DNA of 63,675 bases, counting the filler, from Octopus bimaculoides (Eukaryota): the NCBI RefSeq assembly GCF_001194135.2. It is 4 parts of 4 records of this genome, joined end to end, with 100 filler letters (N's around TTAATTAATTAA, not from the genome) between each part and the next. Parts side by side here need not be neighbours in the genome. Positions count along the whole stretch, not along the records: positions 25,970 to 57,893 come from NC_068991.1; positions 57,994 to 62,494 come from NC_068982.1; 2 more parts are not named here. One strand, written 5' to 3'. The position numbers were made by a program, and so were the translations under genes. Within the stretch, counting starts at the first letter, position 1, and each line of letters begins with the position of its first letter. Below the pieces are notes generated by a model. The model was not told the origin of the DNA. It did no database searches and worked only from the letters and a program-made list of their open reading frames with translations. Of this stretch, positions 50,116 through 62,494 are shown in pieces.

Positions 50116-51689
50116 TAAGTAAAGTCTGCATTTTAATAAAACTAAAAATACAATGTACAATTATGAGGTTTATCACATTTTGATAGTTCTAGTTACAGAG
50201 CTGATCTGCGTAGTTGAGGTTGGAACTTTTGTATAATAGTCTCACACTTTTCTATTGATACATTTCCCCTTTTTGTTCTTACATTTCAAATTTTTTAAAT
50301 ACCTTATTGTTATTTAACTTTTAATGTAATTACATTATATACAAACCCCTTTGTCATTTTAAGCAGAGCAAATTAAGCCTATCACCTAATATCATAGTGA
50401 ATGCCTATTGAAAGCCTTCTTCAGAATGCAAAAACTGTCTTTTATGTAATTTACAGCAAAGCTTTACTACCTTACATGAATTTGTGATCATTGAAAACAA
50501 GAAAGAACAGTCCAAATAAAACTAATGAAACAGTTAACTATGACTATTTCAAAAAAATGTATGATAGCTAAACAGTTCTAAAAATACACTAAATTAATAA
50601 CATAGTGGCACAAGTTTAATTACAGTTGCAGTAGCTTCGTATTTGAAAAGTACATCAACTTAGTCTCTTTTACCTTTAACCTTGCAAAGATTTTAATTGG
50701 TTTCATCTAATTATATATATTTTGTTACAAAACTGCGTCTGGTAGTGAAGCTTCGTTCGGGACTTCAGCAGTTTTGCAGAGTTAAGAGTTACCCCATAAT
50801 CACCACTGCTCTCATGTTCTCTCTGACCCGTAGTGTTAGCACTTGTCAAATACCCCCTACTTATGAGTCAAATAATAGATGGGCCTGTGGTGTAGGTATA
50901 CATGACTCGGAGAAAGGTTTGGGTCCTAGATATATGTTAAACAGGCTCATCAGTGTGTGGACATACCCTAGTGTCACATAATCCGGTTCCTTTGATTAAG
51001 GGTTCCATAGCCTCTTTAGCTAAAGAGTAAATTTGAACGAGCAGGAGACTAACAGAGTAAACTGTAAAGAAAGTAGCAGAAAGTAACGCAAACCACTGTT
51101 GTAACTTTCTTACCTAAAAGTTCGTGAAATTTCAGACTTTAGCATCGAAGTCTGTGGCCACCGACGTTCGTATATCAGGCATTACACATGAAGAGAGAAA
51201 AACGAGCATTGCACATGAAGAGAGAAAGATGAAGAGAGAATAAATTAGGTTGCTGCTTAAAAATAGTTTTCAAGTTTTTTATTTTGTTTTCACTCTGAAG
51301 CTAATGTTATGTCATATAAGATTGCAAAAATTGTTACAAAAATTGACTATAAACGAACACAGCCTTTATTAGAAACTATTATATCAAATGTGGTTTATGG
51401 AGATCCTTCAAATATCTTTGAAAGTTTACCATCAATCAATGGTTCATTCCGAAGACAAATTGTGAAATACCTGTGAATACTGTTGAACAAGTTGAAAGAC
51501 TGGTAAAAACAAATTTAGCATTTCATGTTGTTAAGTCTACAGTTATTGATAACAAGATCCTTATCATGGCATATTATTTTAATGGTGTCTATACACTGAA
51601 AGAATACATGCTATTTTCAAAATACCTAAAAACTGATATTACTAGGGCGTTTATTTTCATTGATTTATGTTCGTGGTTTTATGAAAATA

Positions 51690-52010
51690 AAAATCTGTTT
51701 CAGGTTCGATCCCACTGCTTAGCATCTTCTACTATTATCCCAGGTTGACCAATACCATGTGATGAATTTGGTGAACGGAAACAGTGTGGAAGCCGTTCGT
51801 ATATGTGTTTGTGTTTCTGCGTTTCTCCCAACCGCCGTTTAACAACCAGTATTGGTTTGATTACGTCCCTATAATTCTCATAAACTAGCGGTTCGACACT
51901 GGATAGATACTGAGCTTTGAAAATTAAGTAGGGATTTGCTTGACTAAAACTCTTCAAGGCAGTACTCCATCCTGGCCGCAATCCAGTGACTGAAACAAGT
52001 AAAAGATGAA
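51690..52010 (+). mobile_element. SINE family A
   Basis: ggttcgatcccactgc..gaatttggtgaacggaaac..cttgactaaaactcttcaaggcagtactcc..gactgaaacaagtaaaaga. Confidence 0.8.
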
Positions 52011-52634
52011 AGAAGATGTAATTGGAGCACAATGTAGTAATTACTTAAAATTCACGACAAACTGAATTCTGGTCATTAAATGACAGTAAAACAATACGTC
52101 CTGAATAATTGCCTCTTTTCCAACATTGTATAAGACTAAAACTGAATCAGTAGTTCACTGAATAAATTGCTGAATGACGAAAGAAATGGATCGGCTCATG
52201 CAAAAAAAAAGGCAAAACTATTTAGGTCAATGACATTGAACCAAACATTGCATATTTAACAGAAAAACACCATGATGTAGGATCGCAATATGTAGGATAT
52301 GTTAAATAACTTTGAAGGTTGCTCTTATATTTCACATTCTTGCATTTAAGTATTGATGTAAAAATACAGTGAGCATAAATATTTTCAAGGGAGTAGTGTT
52401 AGAAAAAGACCGAGGACCACTAATGTGATTCTTAAAGAGTCTTTAAGAAAAAGAGATGAAATTGGTCGGACGAAAGCTGACAAATACTAACGTAAATGAA
52501 TTCTAATTAGTCCTAAGACAAACGAAGCTACTTGAACAAAGGCTAGGATCATTAATGTAAGATATTAAAGAATCTAAAGAAAGACGAATTTAGTCGAGCG
52601 GTTGCTGAAGGCCACAACTGTAAATGATTCCTAA

Positions 52635-52959
52635 AGAGGAGTGGCTGTGTGGTAAGTAGCTTGCTTACCAACCACATGGTTCCGGGTTCAGTCCCACTGC
52701 GCGGCACCTTGGGCAAGTGTCTTCTACTATAGCCTCGGGCCGACCAAAGCCTTGTGAGTGGATTTGGTGGACGGAAACTGAAAGAAGCCCGTCGTATATA
52801 TGTACATATATATGTATGTGTGTGTATATGTTTGCGTCTCTGTGTTTGTCCCCCCCCCAAACATCGCTTGACAACCGATGCTGGTGTGTTTATGTCCCTG
52901 TAACTTAGCGGTTCGGCAAAAGAGACCGATAGAATAAGTACTAGGCTTCCAAAGAATAA
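52635..52959 (+). mobile_element. SINE family A, young copy cut by a gap
   Basis: AGGAGTGGCTGTGTGGTAAGTAGCTTGCTTACCAACCACATGGTTCCGGGTTCAGTCCCACTGCGCGGCACC; CpGs intact. Confidence 0.92.
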
Positions 52960-53647
52960 NNNNNNNNNNNNNNNNNNNNNNNNNNNNNNNNNNNNNNNNN
53001 NNNNNNNNNNNNNNNNNNNNNNNNNNNNNNNNNNNNNNNNNNNNNNNNNNNNNNNNNNNNNNNNNNNNNNNNNNNNNNNNNNNNNNNNNNNNNNNNNNNN
53101 NNNNNNNNNNNNNNNNNNNNNNNNNNNNNNNNNNNNNNNNNNNNNNNNNNNNNNNNNNNNNNNNNNNNNNNNNNNNNNNNNNNNNNNNNNNNNNNNNNNN
53201 NNNNNNNNNNNNNNNNNNNNNNNNNNNNNNNNNNNNNNNNNNNNNNNNNNNNNNNNNNNNNNNNNNNNNNNNNNNNNNNNNNNNNNNNNNNNNNNNNNNN
53301 NNNNNNNNNNNNNNNNNNNNNNNNNNNNNNNNNNNNNNNNNNNNNNNNNNNNNNNNNNNNNNNNNNNNNNNNNNNNNNNNNNNNNNNNNNNNNNNNNNNN
53401 NNNNNNNNNNNNNNNNNNNNNNNNNNNNNNNNNNNNNNNNNNNNNNNNNNNNNNNNNNNNNNNNNNNNNNNNNNNNNNNNNNNNNNNNNNNNNNNNNNNN
53501 NNNNNNNNNNNNNNNNNNNNNNNNNNNNNNNNNNNNNNNNNNNNNNNNNNNNNNNNNNNNNNNNNNNNNNNNNNNNNNNNNNNNNNNNNNNNNNNNNNNN
53601 NNNNNNNNNNNNNNNNNNNNNNNNNNNNNNNNNNNNNNNNNNNNNNG

Positions 53648-53732
<85 letters not shown>

Positions 53733-53787
53733 TAATAATGATGATGATGATGATGATGACGATGATGACGATGATGATGATGATGAA

Positions 53788-53820
<33 letters not shown>

Positions 53821-53821
53821 A
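53648..53821. repeat. (TAA)n followed by (GAT)n microsatellite
   Basis: Read directly. Confidence 0.95.
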
Positions 53822-54329
53822 GCGAAGAAACGAAAATGTCTCCAGCATTCTATGGTGAGACAGAAGAGAGACTGAATAATAATATTTCGACTTAACTTTA
53901 TTGCTGACTGGAATTAATTTATTGCTACAAAAGGTGCAAGGGGTGTTGGGTAAGTTGCGACAACGGTGAAGCCTTGAATTCAAAATTCGTTGCCGATTTA
54001 GTGTTGCCTTGCTGGCGTTCTAAGAACTTCAGCCATGAGAAATTAGATTTAATAATTAAACTGTATTGATTTATAAACCTTTAGTGGAATACACTCTGCT
54101 TGCAAGTATTTGGACCAAGATTCCGGTTTAAGAATAAATCTCTCCCGTTTTCTCAAGACCAACAGAGGTCCTGAAAGTCTCAGAATCGCTGCCACCACTA
54201 ACGACAACATTAGTGATTTAAAGACTGCGGATGTGTATTCTCATAAAAGAAGATAAATATATTGTAAGACACTAGAAAATGCAATGCCTCTTATCATATA
54301 TTTGAAATATAAGAAATGGAAGTTGTTTG

Positions 54330-54664
54330 TGATGCCCAAGCTTTCCCCTATCATGAGGCTAAGAATCTTGCAAGATCATTTATGGGGTTGATCTAGCTTA
54401 AAAAAAAACAGCAACCTAGTTTCACTGAAATCCTCGTCGCCACTGTTATGTCTCAAGCGACTGCTATCTAGCACCTTCGGATGATCTCTACTCAACCGCT
54501 GCTCAACTCCTCGGCTAGACTACGTCTATTTATATGTCTTGGGCCATCCTACTTCTTCGCTTGGGGGCGTCGACACAACAGATACTTTGGCATCAAAGAA
54601 AGGACTCGTCGGACACCGCTGCCCCGGTGTGCTCTAAACTGGAACAAAAAGAAATGCATCTGTG
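54330..54664 (-). mobile_element. RTE-like LINE C-terminal fragment and UTR
   Basis: Minus strand MPKYLLCRRPQAKK*DGPRHINRRSLAEEL resembles the RTE PK.LL.W.P.GKR..GRP..W..S...E motif. Confidence 0.5.
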
Positions 54665-55164
54665 NNNNNNNNNNNNNNNNNNNNNNNNNNNNNNNNNNNN
54701 NNNNNNNNNNNNNNNNNNNNNNNNNNNNNNNNNNNNNNNNNNNNNNNNNNNNNNNNNNNNNNNNNNNNNNNNNNNNNNNNNNNNNNNNNNNNNNNNNNNN
54801 NNNNNNNNNNNNNNNNNNNNNNNNNNNNNNNNNNNNNNNNNNNNNNNNNNNNNNNNNNNNNNNNNNNNNNNNNNNNNNNNNNNNNNNNNNNNNNNNNNNN
54901 NNNNNNNNNNNNNNNNNNNNNNNNNNNNNNNNNNNNNNNNNNNNNNNNNNNNNNNNNNNNNNNNNNNNNNNNNNNNNNNNNNNNNNNNNNNNNNNNNNNN
55001 NNNNNNNNNNNNNNNNNNNNNNNNNNNNNNNNNNNNNNNNNNNNNNNNNNNNNNNNNNNNNNNNNNNNNNNNNNNNNNNNNNNNNNNNNNNNNNNNNNNN
55101 NNNNNNNNNGAGGAGGAGGAGGAGGAGGAGGAGAAGGAGGAAGAGGAGGAGGATTGTAGTTTCT

Positions 55165-55440
55165 CGCAGTCCGAGAAAGACGGTTCTGCAATTTCTTGCT
55201 CATCAACCTTCACAAGTGATTTGCTGCTTGTAATGATCAAACTTTTGAGTTGTACATTAGGTCACTCTCTCCATCAAATCGACCTTGCCAGAACAGGTGC
55301 TCGGTGTGTCACGCATCAGGTGTCAAAGTGACTGCACAACAACCTCAGATAAAGTGTTGTGCACCAGCGCACCAAGTCCCAGCAATTGAAACCACGATAT
55401 CACGATCGTGAGGGCAACACCCTAACTACTAGGTTACACC
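55165..55440 (-). mobile_element. tRNA-derived SINE with a family C-like head and a different body, (TCC)n at the 3' side
   Basis: Minus strand TAGTAGTTAGGGTGTTGCCCTCACGATCGTGATATCGTGGTTTCAATT head. Confidence 0.65.
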
Positions 55441-55699
55441 ATTGATCACAAGTCTATTTAAATAGGTCTGAACCTAGGTTGAACAACAACAACAACTTAC
55501 GTGTTATCAATAGGGTTAATAGAAATGAAAAGAAAAAGACGCATATCGCTGACTCCATAACTATTACTTCATTGGTCAAACAGCTATTAGCCTCTCACGT
55601 TGACTTAATATGCATTTTCAGACATCAAATCTGCGTACGATTCTTTTGTATATTTTTTTAATTTTGTATTTGATTTTATCTTATTTGTATATGTTCAAA

Positions 55700-55960
55700 T
55701 TTTTGCTAGTAGGAAAGAATATATTTACAAACACATCGGAAAAAATACCAAATATTTCTTTGAATTTTTAGGCAAATAAATACCATATGATAATCCTGTC
55801 CTTATAACACGTAAACATGCAATTAATAACCAAATTATTTGAAAAAATAAGATTCTAGCTATATTTCAAGAACTCCATTGAAATAAACACGCAGAAAACC
55901 ACAAGTAAAATTTTCCAATTAACAGAAAATTTTCAAATCATAAATTACAGACTCGACAAA
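55700..55960 (+). pseudogene. Possible Penelope GIY-YIG endonuclease C-terminal remnant
   Basis: One frame with stops reads KHAINNQII*KNKILAIFQELH*NKHAENHK*NFPINR, resembling HA...H.I.W.N.KIL..E..H.RK..EAI.I.....NR. Confidence 0.3.
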
Positions 55961-56281
55961 ATTAACAAAATAGATTTAACACAATCAAACACTGCCATAG
56001 ACGCTACTGTTCATTGCATAACCACTCCCACAGAACTACAACCGAACATTCTACCAAAACACTAACCAATCACAATACAATATTGAATTTACCTAACCTA
56101 ACCAATTACTAACTTCCTTCATACATAAACCCACTTAACATATATACACATAGACATAACACACAGACGCTCACATAAACGTATACATGCAAATAAACAC
56201 GCATTCGTGCATACATTCATACATATACATATATACATACATGTGTGTATATATCTGTGAAAGTGTATATGTGTGTATACA

Positions 56282-56314
<33 letters not shown>

Positions 56315-57030
56315 TATATAGAACTGATGGTTTCTTTATACCTGATTTCGTGAGCACCGCTTCAGAGTTAATATTATTCGCCATAAGCACCAAATATACA
56401 TACATGGATTTGCGTGTACGTGTGTGTATATGTGTATGTGTATGTGTAAATATATATATATATATTTACATATATAAATGTAAGACAGCTGATGAAGGAA
56501 TATTCCAAGTGGCTTTCCGTTTTCCTATGTGTTCGTTCCGTTGTCTGTAGTTCATTGTTCTAACGTCCTGTACCCTGGTATGCATATATATACACATGTA
56601 GATGTAAGTATGTACATATATGTGTGTATACATGTATATATATTCTTTGTATTATTACATTATTGAACGCACACGTCCTTTTTTGCAAGTAAGTCTACTT
56701 TATATATATATATATTTACATATATAAATGTAAGACAGCTGATGANNNNNNNNNNNNNNNNNNNNNNNNNNNNNNNNNNNNNNNNNNNNNNNNNNNNNNN
56801 NNNNNNNNNNNNNNNNNNNNNNNNNNNNNNNNNNNNNNNNNNNNNNNNNNNNNNNNNNNNNNNNNNNNNNNNNNNNNNNNNNNNNNNNNNNNNNNNNNNN
56901 NNNNNNNNNNNNNNNNNNNNNNNNNNNNNNNNNNNNNNNNNNNNNNNNNNNNNNNNNNNNNNNNNNNNNNNNNNNNNNNNNNNNNNNNNNNNNNNNNNNN
57001 NNNNNNNNNNNNNNNNNNNNNNNNNNNNNN

Positions 57031-57372
57031 TTCAGTCTCACTGCGTGGCACCTTGCGCAAGTGTCTTCTACCATAGCCTCGGGCCGACCAAAGCCTTGTG
57101 AGTGGATTTGGTAGACGGAAACTAAAAGAAGCCTGTCGTATATATGTATATATATATGTGTGTATGTGTGTGTATATGTTTGTGTGTCTGTGTTTGTCCC
57201 CTTATCATCACTTGACAACCGATGCTGGTGTGTTTACGTCTCCGTAACTTAGCGGTTCGGCAAAAAGAGACCGATAAAATATGTACTAGGCTTCCAAAGA
57301 ATAAGTCCTGGGGTCTATTTGCTCGACTAAAGGCGGTGCTCCAGCATGGCCACAGTCAAATGACTGAATCAA
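57031..57372 (+). mobile_element. SINE family A, 5' end lost in a gap
   Basis: gtgtcttctaccatagcctcgggccgaccaaagccttgtgagtggatttgg...ggcggtgctccagcatggcc. Confidence 0.9.
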
Positions 57373-57527
57373 ATCTCACATGTAGATGTATATATGTGTG
57401 TGTATGTGTCTACATATATGCGTGTATGTGTGTGTGTAATGCGTGTATGCATATGGATAAATATACGTCAGATTTTCTATGGTTTCTTATATCTGTTAAA
57501 ATGTCTATTTGATGAGCACTGCTGTTT

Positions 57528-57622
57528 ATATCCTCCCTGATGAGATTGATGCATTGCTGATCATTATTCATCCGCTCGGATGCATCTTTAAATGTATCCA
57601 TTGAAACATATGTCGGTGATAT
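57528..57622 (+). ncRNA. Type I hammerhead-like ribozyme with GUC site
   Basis: ATATCCTCC-CTGATGA(57537-43)-long stem II-GAAA(57603-06)-CATATG-TC-GGTGATAT. Confidence 0.5.
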
Positions 57623-57809
57623 GAAGATATAACTGATTTAATAACACCTTGAGCGTTTGTCTCCTTTTTAAACTTTTCCTATTTTCTCCTAAATATGATT
57701 TGATTCTCTCCGGAATCAAATCTCACACAAGTGTAACCATTGTTTCCTGGGACACTTAAGCAATATTTAGCTACCTTGTAATTATTCCCTTGGATCCTCC
57801 CTATAAATT

Positions 57810-57856
<47 letters not shown>

Positions 57857-57860
57857 TACA

Positions 57861-57893
<33 letters not shown>

Positions 57894-57993
57894 NNNNNNN
57901 NNNNNNNNNNNNNNNNNNNNNNNNNNNNNNNNNNNNNTTAATTAATTAANNNNNNNNNNNNNNNNNNNNNNNNNNNNNNNNNNNNNNNNNNNN
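57894..57993. other. Artificial assembly spacer (44 N + TTAATTAATTAA + 44 N)
   Basis: 12-mer at 57938-57949 flanked by 44 N on each side. Confidence 0.95.
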
Positions 57994-58038
<45 letters not shown>

Positions 58039-58434
58039 AGATAGATATAGATATAAAACAAAGCGTAAATGATGGCCATAAATTATTTTTCTTTATTTAT
58101 CATGGTAAATTTGACTTACAGCTGTTCGAAGTAGTCATTATAGGTTCACTATTGATAAGTTTATTCAGTTGATGTATTCGTTTGTGTATATATATATATA
58201 TGCATGTATTCACACACATATATATTTCTATATATATGTATGCATATATTCACACATACTTATACATACACAAGCATACGCATTCGTGAACACAAACTGG
58301 AAAGTACCAATATCCTTGAGAGGGGATATTTCTTCATTTTGATATTTTCCAGAATTCTCCCTTTCCGATGACAGTATACATATCTCATGTTATCCTTACA
58401 CAATATCATGATCCACATGCTTGGCTACTCTAGA

Positions 58435-58640
58435 AACAGCTGTTTTCAAATTTTGGCGCAAGGTCAGCATTTTCGAAGGAGGGTGTCAGTCGATTAGATC
58501 GCCCCAGTGCTAAACTGATATTTATTTTATCGACTCCAGAAGGATCAAATGTAAAGGCGACCTCGTTAGAATTTGAACTCAAAACGTAAAACCGACGAAA
58601 AGCTGCTAAACCGGGTGTGATAGCGATTTTGCCAGCTCGA
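58435..58640 (-). mobile_element. SINE family B
   Basis: gtcgattagatcgccccagt..aaggcgacctcgttagaatttgaactcaaaacgtaaa..ttttgccagctcg. Confidence 0.8.
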
Positions 58641-58664
58641 TACCTTAAACAATAGCAACAACAA

Positions 58665-59050
58665 CAACAAACACTGGCTCTCATGGCTTCTGATCTTAAC
58701 TGATTGGAAGTGTTATCATGTATATATTTTGTCTTGCTGTGAAAAATGGGCTATAAAAGATATTCTGCTGAATACTACAGATTTGCTTGTCAGTTGTTTG
58801 ACCTTAATCACTTGAGTACGTCCCTTGGCTGACAATATGTGCATCTCTGATCACAAGGAGAAGTAGTGGGAGAGTATCATAGGCATGGGTTGAGAGGAAT
58901 TCTTTGTGGTTTCAATAAGTCTCCTCTGGAAACACGAGTATTTCGTTCAACATCTTTAAACAACTCTTATTCAGTGATCTTTTGAGCAAGATGGGCTACT
59001 CGACCCGAAGAAAATTTTAACTGGTACTCGACCTGAAGAAAGTCTTTTGA
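58665..59050 (+). repeat. Unclassified interspersed repeat
   Basis: Recalled as a common octopus repeat; ends in a TACTCGACC(C/T)GAAGAAA direct duplication; not verified. Confidence 0.4.
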
Positions 59051-59069
59051 CCCACAAATAGTTAGTCAA

Positions 59070-59391
59070 GAAAGAAGGCAAAAAAATAAATACAACCCTC
59101 TTAAGTACGAAATATCCCGGCTACAGAAAATGAAGAAGGTGAGGATACTGCCAGTTATTGTTGGGTCCTTGAAAACAGTATCAGAAGGAATCAAGGGGAA
59201 TATAAAGACAATTGGAATAGAGTGCCCAGTAGCACTCTTACAAAAGATTTTCCTCCTTGGCACGGCCAGAATAATCAGGAAAGTATTAGACAGCTGAAAA
59301 GAATGGATAGTATGGTACCATAGGCTGCAGGTAGCTAGCCCGCTACGCATGTAAGACACTAGGAGCTCCAACAATACCTGTTATAAAGAGA

Positions 59392-59394
<3 letters not shown>
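59070..59394 (+). mobile_element. R4/Dong-like LINE 3' fragment, family 1
   Basis: NKYNPLKYEISRLQKMKKVRILPVIVGSLKTVSEGIK..LQKIFLLGTARIIRKVLDS*; UTR followed by (AAT)n. Confidence 0.88.
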
Positions 59395-59448
<54 letters not shown>

Positions 59449-59450
<2 letters not shown>

Positions 59451-61183
59451 CATCAGGATAGAATTTTGCCTCAATAAATGTGCAAAACTACCTTTATGAG
59501 AGAAAAAAATGATTGAAATATCCAACGTTAATCTTGACCAAGAGAATGTCATAAAGGAGTTAGAACCAGCGGAGAGCAACAACTATCTAAGGGCATTTGA
59601 AGGTGATGGAATCAAACATTCAATGATAAAGGAAAAGATCAGAAAAGAATGTTATTGCAGAGTAAGGGCAATACTCAAGAATGCGAGAAACAGGATCGAA
59701 GCGGTCAATACTTTAGCCAAACCGATCGTGACTTACAGTTTTAATATTATTAACTGGTCAATTAGTGGAATATGTAATCTTGACAGAAAAGTACGATATT
59801 TGTTGACAATGCATAAAAAATACCACCCTAAGGCGGATATAGAACGATTTTATCTGCCAAGAAAAGAGGGTGTCCGTGGTCTTTTACAATTGGAATTAAC
59901 AATGAATATTTCCACAATTGGCCTGAACATATACCTGAAAAACTCTGATGGCTGGATGTTTGCTTGTTTTAAAACAAGAAAAAAACAAAAAACATCACAC
60001 TCAGTAACAAAACAAGCAAAGAAATATATAAGTGAATTCCAAATACAATAAATCCCAGAATTAGACGTACTGGAGACAAGCACAGAAAAAGCTAAGCATA
60101 TTATAACCCGTAACTGCTGCCTTAGATATTCTTACTGATAAATGACAAGACAAACCTCTCAATGACAAATAACTCAACGGGAGTTAATAATGCCGATGTT
60201 GACAAAGTCTTTACCCATCAATAGTTGGTGCCTTCTGGCTTAAAATCAGAGACAGAAGGGTTTATCATAGCTGCCCAAGATCAATGCCTACCTACAAGAA
60301 GCTACCAGGCCAACATCGTAAAAAACGGCAGCTTCCCAACATGTCGTGTATGTAAATATGAAAATGAAACCATTAATCATGTTGTCTCCATGTGCAGTCT
60401 TCTTGCGCCAACAGAGTATCTCAACAGGGATGATAGAGCAGCACATACTATTCACTGAGTAATTGATAAAGATTTGGACCTGCCCCATGATAAAAACTGG
60501 TGGAAACACAAACCACCTGCAATGCTTAAAAGGATCATATCTCACTCCTTTGAAACTTCACCGTTCATACTGACAGAAATAGGGCAGACATTATATTGAT
60601 GGAATTCAGACAAAAATCATGCCAACTTATCAATATGGTTGTGCGAATCTACATAAATGTATCTGTCAAGACCTTCCAAAAATTGAGCAAGTATAAAGAA
60701 CTTGAAATAGAAATGGAACCTCAAGACTGAAACAATACTTGTTGTCACAAGTGCCCTAAGGAAAAGCGGCTGATTGCAACTTAGCTCAGATACCAGAAAA
60801 TCCCAAAATGGAAGAAATCCCCCCCACCAAAAAAAAAACAGTGCTAATGGGAACTGCTCATATCCTACATAAAATATTGTCTATGTTATCCCCCAAATAT
60901 TTTGATCGGTAATCAGTGTCAAAACACTTTTAAATGTACATAACAGCAAATATCTTTAACTATCATATTAACATTAAACTATGATCTTATAATCAAATTA
61001 CTTTTAAAACAAAGTTCTAATTCCTTTATGTTTTAACTGACATTCTCTTTAACAATACCGTGCGCAAAAGCAAACATATGGCGACCTTGTCATAACAACA
61101 ACTTGAACTTCTAACTTGTCTCTTGAGGTTTCTGGGTGAAACTTGGAGTTAACTCGTACAAAAACAAAGAAAAAACAAAATAT
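59449..61183 (+). mobile_element. R4/Dong-like LINE, 5' truncated (RT C-terminus, CCHC knuckle, RLE), multiple stops and frameshifts
   Basis: DIRIEFCLNKCAK; HPKADIERFYLPRKEGVRGL; LKSETEGFIIAAQDQCLPTRSY; CRVC..ETINHVVSMC; UTR then (AAT)n at 61184-61273. Confidence 0.92.
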
Positions 61184-61184
61184 G

Positions 61185-61270
<86 letters not shown>

Positions 61271-61273
61271 AAT

Positions 61274-62262
61274 ACTGATAAATGGCAAGACAAACCTCTC
61301 AGTGGCAAATACCTAAAGAGAGCAAATAATGCCGATGTTGGCCCTTACCCATCAATGGTTAGTGTCTTCTGGCTTAAAATCAGAAACAGAAGGGTTTATC
61401 ATAACAGACTAAGATCAATTCCTACATACAAGGACCTGCCAGGGCAAGATACTAAAGAAAGGCAGGAGACCAAGATGACGCGTATGAAAACAACAAAATG
61501 AAACCATTGATCAAGTTGCCTCCATGTGCAGTCTTCTTGCGCCTACAGAGTATCTCAACAGGCATGAGAGAGCAGCACAGTATATTCACTGGATAATTTT
61601 CAAAAACCTGGACCTGTCCCATGATAAAAACTGGTGGGAAAACAAACCACCTCCAGTGCATGAAAATGATTACATATCACTCCTCTGAAACTTTAGCCTT
61701 CAAACTGACAGAAGAATGCAAATAGTTCAGACATTATATTGAAAGACTTCAGAAAAAATCATGCCTCCCCACTGATATGATTGTCCCAATCTACATATAT
61801 GTACCTGTCAAGCCCTACCAAAATCTGAGCAAGTATGCAGATCTTGAAATAGAAATTGGCAAAATGTAGAATCTCAAGACTAAAAGAGTACCTGTTGTTA
61901 TAGGTGCTCTAGGAATGATAGCAAAAGGGGCTGATTCCAACCTAGGAAACCTCAAAATGACAGATACTAGGATGCTAGGAAACTAGGAAACCTCAAAATG
62001 ACAGAAATTCAAAAGATAGTGCTCAAGGAACTGCCTATATCCTACGTAAAGTACTGTCTATGTAATCTCAAATTGTAAAACAAACTTATAATTTTCTTAT
62101 ATTTTCTTAAACATTCTCTAGAAAAATACTATGTGCAAAACCAAATATATGACACTCTAGGCATAATATCAACTTGAACTTCTAGCTTGTTGTCTCCTGA
62201 GGTTTCTGGGTGGGACTTGGAGTCACCTTGTACAAATACAAAGTAAAAGTCAAACATAATAA
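61274..62262 (+). mobile_element. R4/Dong-like LINE, shorter 5'-truncated copy of the same family as 59449-61183
   Basis: TDKWQDKPLSGKYLKRANNADV; SMCSLLAPTEYLNRHERAAQYIHW; KYADLEIEIGK; VPVVIGALGMI; AATAAT tail. Confidence 0.92.
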
Positions 62263-62284
62263 TAATATTGAAAATAATAATGAT

Positions 62285-62494
62285 TCAAAATTTTTGCTAC
62301 AAGGGCAGCCTCGGGGTGGGGATTAAGTCGATTATATCGACCGCAGTGAGTAACTGATACTTATTCAATCAACCCCGAAATGATGAACGGCAAAGTCGAT
62401 CTCGGCGAAATTTGAACTCAGAACGTAGAGGCAGATGAATTACCGCTAAGCATTTCGCCCGGTGTGCTAACGATTCTGCTAGTTCACCGCCTTA
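62285..62494 (-). mobile_element. SINE family B, tail-to-tail with the LINE
   Basis: aagtcgattatatcgacc..ggcaaagtcgatctcggcgaaatttgaactcagaacg..gctagttcaccgcctt. Confidence 0.88.

Noticed and set aside
56455-56745. Apparent ~250-bp tandem (retrozyme-like) unit
   Set aside because: Only about 45 bp is duplicated, it ends at a gap, and the hammerhead core lacks GAAA; it cannot be distinguished from an artefact.
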